Assembly: GCA_964057225.1 (NCBI GenBank)
Contig: OZ059897.1
Location: 12,524,001-12,588,000, forward strand
Length of the DNA: 64,000 nt
Direction: 5' to 3'
Source: Auanema rhodensis
Taxonomy: Eukaryota > Animalia > Nematoda
The notes below the pieces were generated by a model. The model was not told the origin of the DNA. It ran no database searches and saw only the letters and a list, made by a program, of their open reading frames with translations. The stretch's first letter is position 1. Every line of letters starts with the position of its first letter. Position numbers and translations under genes: made by a program. This document shows, piece by piece, positions 1 through 12,277 of the stretch.

Positions 1-3000
1 AGTATATTTTACAGATTGCAGAAGATTTAAATATATTAAACAGCCGAAAATTGTAATAGAATTTGATGTAAGCTACGAGTTCATTCAGGGACTACAGGAA
101 AGAATTCCACGAAAATTAAAAATGGTTGGCCTGGTGATTTTTAAAAGCTGCCAAGGTATATCTATGGAACTAATCTCAATGCTCAAACTAGGAGAATTTC
201 GAAACGGAAGATGAAGTATGAAAAGAATAATTACATTTGATTTAAAATAATGGAGCATGAATTGAGAGAGAGCTAAAATTGACATTTGGAGTGGAGCATC
301 TAGAAACATAGATGAGAAGAACCGAGCAACACCACTCCATGACATCAGGTATATTTCGGAGACAAAACGGACAATCAGAATCGACAAAAGAGGAAAGTGA
401 ATACAGAAAAAGATGTAGGAGATGACGAAGAAGATGAAGATGACAGACGACAAGAAGAAGGAATTTATAACACTTAAAACAAATACAAGACCACCGAAAG
501 AGACAAGAAGAAAGGTTTGGAAAACGACATAGTTATTAGGTTTTAACACAAGTATTATTCTTTTTTTTTGTTTTGCAACTATCAGCAATTTTTTTACTTT
601 TTAAAAATTCGAAAAAAAAATGTTCAGCCTGTACAAATGATAGCAGATTGAAAAAAACATACAAGGAAAGCTACAAATAAAAATGAGAAAACAAGAGTAA
701 TATATGTATATCTATACATATCAGAAGAATGAACAAAACAAAATGTTTATATGAATAAGACTAAGCATAGCTATTAATGTATCAATATATTTGTATATTT
801 GTATAATAACTATCAATCTAATCTTAATTTTAATATATTTTATGCGCGAAAAAGTAAATAATGTAATGATCATAACTTAATTTATGAAAAGTTGCTCAGA
901 ATTAATAATCGCAAAAATGAAAGGTGAAGCTAGCTCAAATTTGATCGTTCAATTCAGTTGTCCACAAATTTGTTGAAGCACCTATATATGCTTTCGATTG
1001 AATGTAAGGCTTCATCAGAAGTTAGTATAAAGTTTTAAATAATTAATATAATCTTTAAAATACTCTGTACGGCAAATAGAAGTTTACGTTATGCTGGCAG
1101 GATGAAAGATAAAACATTTGCCATTTATGTATTTACGTAATCAACAAGAGAAATATTATTAAAAGAAAAGTATTTGATTGACAATATATCGAGAAGAGAA
1201 TTTGTTAATTTCTATCGAATCTAATTCGACGATCAAAATTTTTCTTTCAATAAGTCTAAATATATTTTTCACGTAAATGTAAAGTATAATCAGCGGAAGA
1301 TGATACAAAAAATAATAATCCATAAAAAGGTGGATACAAAGCTCAACATGCTCAACCTATTCTTGTTTTCTATTTATAAGTCAGAGAAATATGAATGAAT
1401 ACGTAATATAAGATTAAGATGTATATATTACATTTTGATTTAAACTTTCAGAAAATAAATATAAAATAAAAAGACAATTATTAGAGAATATCATATAATG
1501 ACTATATTGAAAATGAGAAAATCAAATAGTTGTGTAAAAATGTAATGAACTGAAAGCATTTTAACCTTGTTTTCCATAACAACTCAGATGTTGTAGGAAG
1601 AACAGAGAGTTTTTTATGAAACAAGTTTTCAATTTTATTTCTTTCAAACATAAAATCTCAACAATTTCCTTTTTTTTATAATTTGTAATGTAATTACTAT
1701 ATATATAAAAAGATAAATAAACAATATAATGACACACAATATGTACAATATATAATAATATAAACAATCAACTAAAATATATAATCAATTAACCGTTTTT
1801 TTCTGAAAATAATTAACCTACATAGCAGATATGCGTCGATACATACATATTAGGACTTTTGAAATACGAGTGTTGTAGATGTTTGCTCAATATGAATGAA
1901 ACATACGCTTTCTCTTTCTCTGTTCGCCAATGATTCTTTCCCTCTTTCTATCTCATTTTCCCTTTCTCATACTCTCTTCGTAGTTCGTTATCATTCTTTC
2001 TATTTTTCTTTCTCTGAGCCTCTCGAAAGGTAAAGCTAAATATTGAGGATAGAATTTTAGGCTTTATCATTCGTTTCCTTCTTCTTCTTCTTAGTTCTTA
2101 TTTAGCAAAATGAGAAAATATATACATATATACGATATATAGAAAATAGAAATAGTAAAAATATGGTATATATGGTTCCAAAAAAAAATATATAAATATT
2201 CCTTTATAATTCTTTTTTTTTTGTGCTCTTCCAGCAAAATTGATCAATATGTTATATGCTAGTTGTTACATTTAAAATGCGTTGATTTTCATATAAAAAC
2301 TTATAAATAATACTTAAACGTGATCGTTATACAAAAGTAGTACAATTTGAATGGTTTAACTCAGAAATACATGTGGGACAGTCGTAGCTATGGGATTTTG
2401 ATGGTATTCAACACAACAAAAAAATGATATTGAAATGAATCATATTTTCTATATATTTGGTATTGAAACATATATAACAAGAAATTCTTATAAAATAAAT
2501 GTATTTCATTGAAAAATAGTAAAAATATGGTTACATATCTGTCAATCATCATATAAAAATGAATAAATTGTACTTTCTAAGAATACAAAAGAGTACAGCT
2601 GTTTAAAAATATGATGGATATATCAAGATTGTAATGAAAAGTAGAATTCAAATTCTTATAGAGAAGTAGAATTCAAGCTCACTTATTGCAGTTTTAATTT
2701 TAAATAATTTTATACTGTTAATATTTAGATAAACATTAATCACGTGATAAAAAATATGATCTATTTAATTTATTTGAATGTTGAAAATTGAGTTTAATTT
2801 CAAATATTATATAGTGAATATATTACATTTACAGATCAGTATTGAGACTTATAATGAGATAGAAAATATGAAAAAGAGACGAATAAATTGATGTATGAAG
2901 TAACAAATTGAACACAAAAAAAAGAATATGAGCAATAAAAAGTGAATATATAAGGGAATCAAAGAAAGATTGAAATTAAAAATGTAAAATATGTACATTA

Positions 3001-5120
3001 AAAAAGTATTGTACATTATTAATTGATTATGCTATCAGTTTATAAAGTAAAATATAATAAATTATTTGAATATATAATATGAATTTATGAAATAGTTATA
3101 GTATAATCAGAAATAATAGTTTAAAATAAAAGCTTTATCAGTCATATAAATAAATTGTGATACAAGACATCAGAGATATCACCATATTCAAAATGAATTG
3201 ATCAAGAAGACCATAAATATTTATTTTTAGTCATAAAAAACAAAACAAAAATATGATGATTACAATTAAAAGTACCATCTTGTTATCAGAACTGTTTATC
3301 GAACACATGGATATCAACTACAAAAATTAAGTAAAGTGAATGTTTTTCTTTTTGCTTTTCTTGAACAAAACAAATCATTAACATTTATGTTTCTCATAAT
3401 ATCTCTTGTGATTTATAAATTTTATAATTATTTACTTGTGCAATAATTCATTAGAAAAGGTAAATCTGTACAAACGTTGTTCAATATGCTTCATAATAAA
3501 GAATTTTTAAACTTTCGTAAGCACATGAAGTATTTAGGAAAATTAGTTGTATGCTTTCCTAATATCTCTAAATCTATATGGCTTCATTGTTCTCAAAATC
3601 GTTTTTTTTAAATTTTTCATTCACTATATTATTTCGTTTATACATAAATAGCAAAAGAATAATCTGGAATATAATTTAGAAACATGTCGTTATATATTAC
3701 AAGCTGAAAACTAGTTTTTTGGTATGCTGATTAGCTTATTTTTTTTTCAAAACGTAATAAATATCATAATAAAACTGATAATTTAAAGAAAGTGAGTCAT
3801 TGTTATTTTTACATTCATATATACTATAAATAGGTTTCTGATTTATTAGAAGAATATATTTCACCAAATAAAAAGACTGAAGGGATTTGTAAGATGATTG
3901 AAAAGGTGCTTCCCATTGTGAGATGTGTATTTTTATCACAGAGTTTATGATGTATCACTAGTTAATTTTAGTTTGTACATTCTATTCATTTATCTTTAGT
4001 TCTTTCTTGACTCAAAGCAACACAGCATAACCCAGACTGTCTGAAATGTGGCCAAAATCAGGAATAACAAGCGAGTTTATTATATACATCGAAGTACTCA
4101 CTATAGATGGTTGATAAAATATTGTAAAAACCCTCTTGACTTTGAAGTTCTTCTAAAGTTAAGAGAAGGGAATAGCCACTCAAAGAGCAGAGTTCATAAA
4201 CTGCGAATGTGTTGATTACTCATTTACCACATTTTATGCCTGGAAACATTTAATATTTAACACTGAAATGATTTTATATTATATTATACGATATAAATAG
4301 ATTGTTTTTTAGTAGATGAAAATATTTTTTTTTAGGGGAGACTCAATAACGTACATTTTTAATATAATCTAATGTATATTTGAATGGATCAATTGACTCG
4401 TTTTATCATCATCCATATAAAATTGTTATTCATTTATTTTTCCCATAGCATTCCAGAATTCAAGAATTATCAAGCAATGCTTAAGTAGAAATAGATTTTG
4501 TTTTATTATTTCTATGTAAATATCCACCAACAAAAAAGAATGTTCAACAGTAATTTATTAACAATATGGAACATAAGACAAAAGACTTGTTAGGATTAGA
4601 ATGAGCAAACTAGTTAGTCGGTTTCATGCAAAATGACAGATGCTTGAAGCGTTTATAATAGAAGATGGTGTATAATTCAAAGTATTTTTTAAAATACTAT
4701 ATAGCATTGCAAACCCTAGAACTTTGAAAATAAAACTCGCGCTTTCTGGAAATTGAAATATTGCATGAATAAATGGATTGAGAAATTTTGATATGCGGAA
4801 CTAGAGAAGGCGAAGGAACACTTAGGGTGAGATGTAATACCAGTATACTAAACACTTCAAAATAAAAATTATATATTAAACTCATAGCTGCAAGGACCCG
4901 AAAAGGATCGCTCAGAGAATTACAGGTTATAGAAATCGTACAGTAGCAAGCCAATAAGTACGGGCATCACAAGAGTTTGCATATCACAGACCACATGAAT
5001 AGCTCTTGGCCCGCATAAAAAAGCTCTCAACTTCACAAAGATTTACAAAAACAAAGAACCGTAGAAACGACTGAGGAATAAAGAATATACAAACAAAAGC
5101 TCTGTACGCAAAAAAAAAGA

Positions 5121-8100
5121 TTACGTAGTCAATGGCTTATCCATAGCATTGTCTACCTGGACCTATAATTGATAACTTAAAAAAGAACATGGTTTACGAA
5201 TGCATACCATAGAATTATGAATATCAACCTCTGGATCAGAAGTCTTTGCACTAATATCGACAGGAGCATCGTCACGGAAAGGATCTCTGTTATGATATAA
5301 TAAAAATATATAATATTAAAACACAGTTATACCTGAATGGATCATCCATCTCAGCTTCAGCTACAGTTCTTCTATATATGGGATTGTCGAAATTCAAAGG
5401 AGCGAATGATCTATTAGCCTTTCTTTGGTGAATATACACAGCTGTCTAAAAATATTGAAATAAGGTTTAGAAATAAATGAGATAGGCTGACTCCTATGAC
5501 AAAAGCTGATGCAACTAAGAGGAGGAAGATGGAGTTCAAAGATGAACCGTTGGATCCACCCGTGGTAGCAATTTCAACTGAAAAATATCAAATAATTTTA
5601 AAACTTTCCAAAAAATAATAATATCAGGATGACTCACCAGCACATTCAATCAGATCGGATGGTGTGTTACCCTGACAGACACAGGCATATGGTTTATCTC
5701 TCCATGTTCTTTCTGCATTCTTAGTGTTACCACGATATACGGCACGAGGTAAGCACATCTCTTGACACTCATTGTATAAACACTAAAGAAAAAAGTTCAA
5801 ACTATTATGTTTACTTGAAAAATTGTGACCTTGTTTTCTCCGGTAGGTTGAGCTTCCTTATGATAAATACGAACGGTCATTGGTGTAGCAACTTTGCTCA
5901 TAACATTTTTCACATCAGAACCAGTAAACTTAAATATGAAAATAATAAATATGGTTCAACGCATAATAATAACCTTATTGAGAGTGATAACTCCGTCATG
6001 CTCCCAATCGGTGTAATAAACTCTATCTTCGAAAACAGCAAGCGAGAAAGGATGGCGCAAATATTGATGAGAGTGTAGCACAACCTACAAAATCAACATA
6101 GTTTAAAATTTTTATATCCCAAACAAGCCTTTGTATTTTCTCCCCAATAGTCCGAAGAGAAGATAGACTTGACTTTAGCATCTGCCCAATAAACACGCTT
6201 GCCGATGTAATCAAGAGCCAAACCATTAGGCCACTGGACACGATCACCATGAACGATGACCTATAAACAATTGAGTAATAAGTTATAAATAATAATTGTA
6301 TATACGGTTCTATGTTGACCATCCATTCCAGCTCTTTCGATACGAGCTTCTTTTCCCCAATCAGTCCAGAAAATCAACCCCATTTCAGGATCAACGGCAA
6401 TAGCGCGAGGCTCTTCGAGATCGGAAGAGAACAGTACTCTCTTCTTTTTGGTTTTCAAATCCATCACGTTTACTTGATCAAGACCTCCGTCAGTCCAGAA
6501 CAATAAGTCATGAACCCAGTCAATAGCAAGTCCATCAGGAGTTTGGACATTATCAACAAGAACGGCTTTCTCTCCATCACACTAAGAATATTCGTTAAAA
6601 CTCACAAAAAGAATGCCCCCTCAAACTTACATTTTCCTTAATAGCTAAATGCTGACTAACTGAATCATTTCCGATTTCACACATGTATATCTTTCTTTGA
6701 GTGATGTCGGACCAAATAATTGTCTAAAAAAATAAAATGTAATAAGAATATGAAGACGGAATAATCATACCCCATTTGAATGATGGAAATCCATTGCTAC
6801 TGCTGAGCCTACACTCTGAATCAAAGGTACATGTACATTGGTGACCAAATCAAATTGCCGAATAGTAGCTCTATAACTTATTGAATTATACACGCTTAAT
6901 TTATATAGTATACCTGTTACTAAGAAGTACAAGTGGATCTCCACCAATCGCACGACATCTAGTAGATACAGAAGAATTAAAGCCATGACTCAATTTATAT
7001 CCATGACGACAAGAACAGACAAATCCACCGTCGATATTATGACACATTTGATCGCAAATTCCTTCTTGCTCACATTCATTAATATCTGAAGAAAGTATAT
7101 ATTTTTTTTGTAATAAATAAATGAAATATACCTTCACATAATGATGTAGGTCCAGGATAACGAGGTTTATATCCAACTCTGCAGTAGCATACTTTAGAAT
7201 GATTAGTTTTTAAAAACGAATCATGACAATCGCAGTTATCTGATCCTGGCTTACAAGTCACTTAAAATTCAGCAAATTTGATGTAAAATGAAGAGTCATT
7301 CTTACAAATATCGTTTACGCACAGATCGTCATCACTTCCACAATTATGAGTTGAGTCACGACACATATCTTTCAATTTTACACAAATATGTTTATCAGAT
7401 TTGGAGTCTCCGCAGTCATACTCGACCGTTTTATCACATTCAACAACTTAAAAAAGAAATAAAAATGGGAAAAAATTTAAAATTGAGTACCTGTAGCATT
7501 TCCTGGACATCCTTCCTCGTCGTCCCCTTGGACACAATCCTGTTGTCCATCACAACTTTAAAAAAATATTAATAAACTATTACAAAACAAATCAACTTAC
7601 ACATTAGCCGCAGAAATACACCTTCCATTTCTACATTTAAATTCATCTTGCTCGCATTTGTGGAAGTCAGCACAACCAACTTCATCACTACCATCTGGAC
7701 AATCAGGCTCGAAATCACATCTCCAAAGAGAATTAATGCACATGGTACCAGAAGCACAAGCAAATTGCTAAAACATAATAATAATAATATACACAAACTA
7801 AATAAATTACTGATGATGGTCTCTTGCAGGGTAATGTTTTCTCTGTACAATTTTGCAATTCATCTGAATGATCTAAGCAATCGGCTTCTCCATCACATAC
7901 CCAATCCTGAGGAATACAACCTTCTGCTGTTTTGCACTAGAATAGATTAAAAATATTTCTAGAACCATCAACATATAAGATACTTTAAACAATTTTTTTT
8001 CGGCGCAAATCTGTTCAGCAGTTTTATTACAATTTCTTTCGTCTGATCCATCACCACAATCATCAGCAGCATCGCAAACCCATGTTTTGAATATACAGAT

Positions 8101-9423
8101 TCCATTATCACAGCTAAAATTTAAGTATAAACTAAATAAAACTAGAAACAAAACGTACGCAAAATCTTCTTCTTGACAATGAGTATCCAGACAATTTTCT
8201 TCATCAGCTCCCGATGCACAATCTCTCTGAAACACTAATATTTATTTCAAATAATAGACCAATTGGTACCTGGCCATCGCATCTCCAAGACTTTGGAATA
8301 CATAATTTATAATTTCCATCGAATTCTTTACAAGTGAACTGTTCATCGGTGCATGTTACATCTGAAAGGACCAAAGATAAAAAATAAAGATGACCTCGAA
8401 ATACCTTTGCAGTCCTTTTCGTCACTTCGATCGTCACAATCATACTCTCCATCACAAACCCACTTCTGGGGAATGCAAGGATAGGTATCAGGCTTGAAAT
8501 CTGGCCTCTTTTGGTCACCAAGACATTGGAACTCATTTGGCGAACAATGCTCTAAAAGTATCGTTTTACATAACCTAGGTCAAACTTTCTATAGTTACGC
8601 GTACTGTCGCATCCCAGTTCATCTTCTTCATTTTCACAATCTATGTCTCCATCACATTTCCAAGCAAGTGGAATACAACGACCACTGTCACCACAAGCGA
8701 AACTTTGATTTCCGGAGCAAGCTGGAATTTTTTGTGTTGCGCAGTAAAGACAAATATTGAACAGGGAAAAGCGCAACTAATTATCAAGTGCTGGTCCGTA
8801 CCAACTATGTTGATCTTCGGGCTTCACAGGTATATTTTAATGTATTTAATATGGCAAAGCATTATCCTTTGAACAAAAAGAAAAATATTTAATGCATGAT
8901 GCATGCTGTACATTTAAAAAACTTGATCAGCAAAAATATCGAACATATATTGATTGAAATGTTTGGCCACTCGTGCAAAATAACGTGCATTTCACTATTA
9001 CATTTGATATATTTAACGAACCAGTAATTATGCCCGAAGCATAAGGATTCTTAAAATTTCCAGGCGACAAGAAAAAAGCTATAAAAAATCATATGAACTA
9101 ACCCCGTGATAAGCCAGATTTCCTAGGTAGGCTGAGTCCTACAAATCAAAAAATTCTTATTTTCTTTTTTTTCATTCATGATTTTAAAAAAAAGGTATTT
9201 TATGATATTCTAATTTTCTACATAATATATTTGAAAGATAAGCTTTGCGCCTACATTTGCACTGATAACATGTTGAAAATTTTCGAAAAGTTGTTCAATT
9301 ATTGAGAATTTTGAATAATTTTTTAACTTGAAAGTGAAATAACAGACCTCTTCGAGCACCAACTCCTTCTAAATGTACAAGAGATCCAAGTATTACAAGA
9401 AGTAGAGCAAATCGAATGCCCAT
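5121..9423 (-). CDS. LDL receptor family protein, VLDLR/lipophorin-receptor architecture (multi-exon)
   Basis: Manual splice. Exon 1 (9348-9423) encodes signal peptide [23 protein letters not shown]. Then 7 clear plus 1 degenerate LDLa repeats (e.g. [46 protein letters not shown]), EGF and cbEGF ([15 protein letters not shown]), one YWTD propeller (IIWSD, LFWTD, IFWTDWG, VYWAD, VYYTDW) and EGF. A TM ([18 protein letters not shown]) precedes cytoplasmic FDNPIY (5374-5391) and TAA at 5121-5123. Introns are GT-AG. Confidence 0.93.
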
Positions 9424-10183
9424 CTTAGCTGGGTAAGAAAAACCAGCAGACACGTGGAAGTTTAATCTAAAGATATAATCTACACAGGATATGATAGTTG
9501 AATGATGTTACTGAAGAATAAGGATAAAAAATAAAATAACCGTGGTTTATCGTTGACCTACGAGAACGAATACTTATTTATATTTAATTATGAGGAGGAG
9601 CAATAATAATAACAAATAAAAAATAAACAATAAACGAAGGGGAACGAAAAGCAAATCTTTCTGTTTTACACAGAGGTGAACGTTAATGAAGAAATTCATG
9701 ACGAACAACACACTCACTTACACACAACATTTCGTCCAAACGGTCACATGACAGTCCAGGATTGCGAAATAAAATGTAAAGTGCGAAAAAAATTTTAATT
9801 TTAATTTTTAAATTGAGAAATATATATTTCAGTCAAACCAGATAAATAATTAATTGATAAAGTAAAGCAGCAAACAAAAACAGCATAGAATAGTCGATTA
9901 CATCGAGCAACACCACAAAGTGGGAGGAGATGGGAAGGGGTGGGAACGGGTAAAAAGACACAGAGAGATAGAGATAAAGATGAGTCAACTGTTGCTGCTC
10001 TACACAAGCTCATCTAAAATGAAAAAAATCCATGAGATGATTGTTAACTAAAAAATAAGAGAAAAAGAAAGGCATATCGTAAAAAAAACAAATTGTGGCA
10101 ATTCGAAATAAGGCTTCAAAGAGCTATAGCATAGAAACGCAATCGCTGACAAAGGAAGCATGAGTGTCAATATAGCAAGCTTT

Positions 10184-10199
10184 CTGATAAGCTGATAAG
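10184..10199. promoter_or_regulatory. Tandem GATA-factor sites (CTGATAAG x2) upstream of the LDLR-family gene
   Basis: ctgataagctgataag lies about 760 bp upstream of the ATG at 9423. TGATAA is the canonical nematode ELT/GATA site. Confidence 0.35.
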
Positions 10200-12277
10200 G
10201 CTGTAAGTTTTAAAATAGGATTATTAGTATGAATAGCTGAGTTTAGCAAGTTTCTATGAACAAACCTACACAACACATCACAAGTTCCGTTTTTATCGTA
10301 ACTGTCGCCACGAAACCATTAAAGAGTGCTCGAACTCAAAAAGGCGCGAAAACAAATATCTCGAATAACCTAGCTTATGTAGCGGGTAATAAGGTAGCGC
10401 AAGTTTCTTGTTTTTTAGATCGAAACTTTTCGAGGGCGTTTTATATAGAGTAAACAAATGATTCGAATTCAATAATCACGCGAGAAGGAATATTGTAGTG
10501 TGTATTGAAAAAGAAAGCTGGGAAAACCTTGTTGTATGAGGCTAGGAACATACACACAAAGTGGAAAGCAACCTATTGCGATCGGACGTCATTGGAAAAT
10601 AAATAGAACTGATCCCGATCGCCAAGACCTAGGAAGTTACGTAAAATCAATACTTGTTTCACGTACATATGATTAAAACGTCGAAGATGATTACCGACAA
10701 TTCATCAGTCATTTCATCTTTCAAGTTTATAATTGAGAATTCCTCGGACATTGTGACAACGAATAGAGAATTAGGGAATTTAATCTATTTCTAGATATCA
10801 TATGTATAAACATAGTTTCCAATTTTTTCTCGATGTACAGTTATAGCTATATATAGTGCTAAATAATAAATATATTCGTTATAAAGCTTGGTGTGCGGCA
10901 TTCATATATTATATATCCGCTTACGAAAATAGATAGAGAGAACTGGAAGTTGTTTGCATTTTTTTTTCATTGAACCTTGGTGTTCCCATATACCTTATAT
11001 TATGGCCGTTGTGGTAGAAAAGAGCATTAAGCAGGGGGGAAAAATAAAGAGAAATAGAGAGAGAAAGAGAAAACGAACAAGTGAAATCAACATAAAGAGA
11101 GGAGATATCTGTTTGAATGAGGGGATTTCCCGCAGATAATAACGGGTCGAATATAATTTTTAGGAGAATTTATGCATTATTTTTCAGTTTTCTTTCAAAA
11201 TGTTCGGCATATGTCAGGATAGTTAACATCAGCAAAGAGTCAGCGGAAAACTAAGAGAAATAACCCAGACAGATTGAGAGAAATCGCTGAATCAAAGAAA
11301 CGGATCATCTCTACACTAATATCGACTGGTGATTCGTTTGGAAAAAAAAACAAAAAAGGAGATTATCAAGCGCAAAATTAGGGAAAACTGAATAGACACC
11401 AAGTCTATATCGATTTTTTTGGGAAAAAGTTGTTTGTCATTTGTTTGCGACTGTATAAGCTGTCAATGAAATAAGTCATCATAAATGAAACTAAACAGCT
11501 GAAACTGTGTTATATTATTAGAAATTAAAGAGATAAAATGATATCAAACTGTTGTATTTTTAAATTATCATTTACAATTTGATCAATAAAACGAATATTT
11601 AATCATTTAATATTTATCATTTAAAAATTTGAAATAAATTTTTTAAAATCACATGAATTATGGAGCAAAATCACAACATATGAGAAAAAAACACGTCATA
11701 TCAACATCGAAGACAAGCCGAGTGAAATACATGTATCAAACATACTCTCACTCGGACCGTATAAGTAGAGAGAAAGCTAGAAACTGGAATGCGACATATA
11801 TATCGTTCAGATCAATGAATCTAACGGCTCTTTGATACAGCTTAAAACGAGAAAAAATGCCAAAAGAAAGGAAAAAAATAAAGAAAATAGACATAAATGT
11901 TTGTTTCTGCATTGACAAGACAAAATGAAGAAAACAACAAAGTAGAAAACTAGATGAGCGTGAGAAAGGCCTGGTAGTCTTTATACTATATGGCCGTTTT
12001 TTGTTTTTTTTTGAATTTCTCGTTGATAATCGGAGCAGGAGAGGGTATAAATGAGTTCCTTAAAATAATGACAAGAAAAGAAATGTGTGTGTTGAGAATA
12101 TAAGTGTTAGTCAAAGATGGCGTTGGAGTGAACGCCGATGACTGGCAAGAGGCGGGAGGGGACAAGGTAATTCGTGGTCTATTTATAAAACATTTGAATA
12201 GAACAAACGATAACAAAATTATGCGGATAGAAAACAGAATAAAATTATTATATTATATAACTGACATAGTATTTGGC

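Noticed and set aside
1-588. 167-aa minus-strand ORF and purine-rich plus-strand stretch
   Set aside because: The hydrophobic ORF is the antisense of A/G-rich sequence. No consistent spliced plus-strand frame or recognisable domain; it may be a decayed repeat but this is unsupported.
11986-12216. Possible extra terminal exon of the DOMON gene (RPRITLSPPASC...)
   Set aside because: The upstream exon already reaches a stop at 12278 and I could not establish a convincing donor. Treated as 3' UTR.
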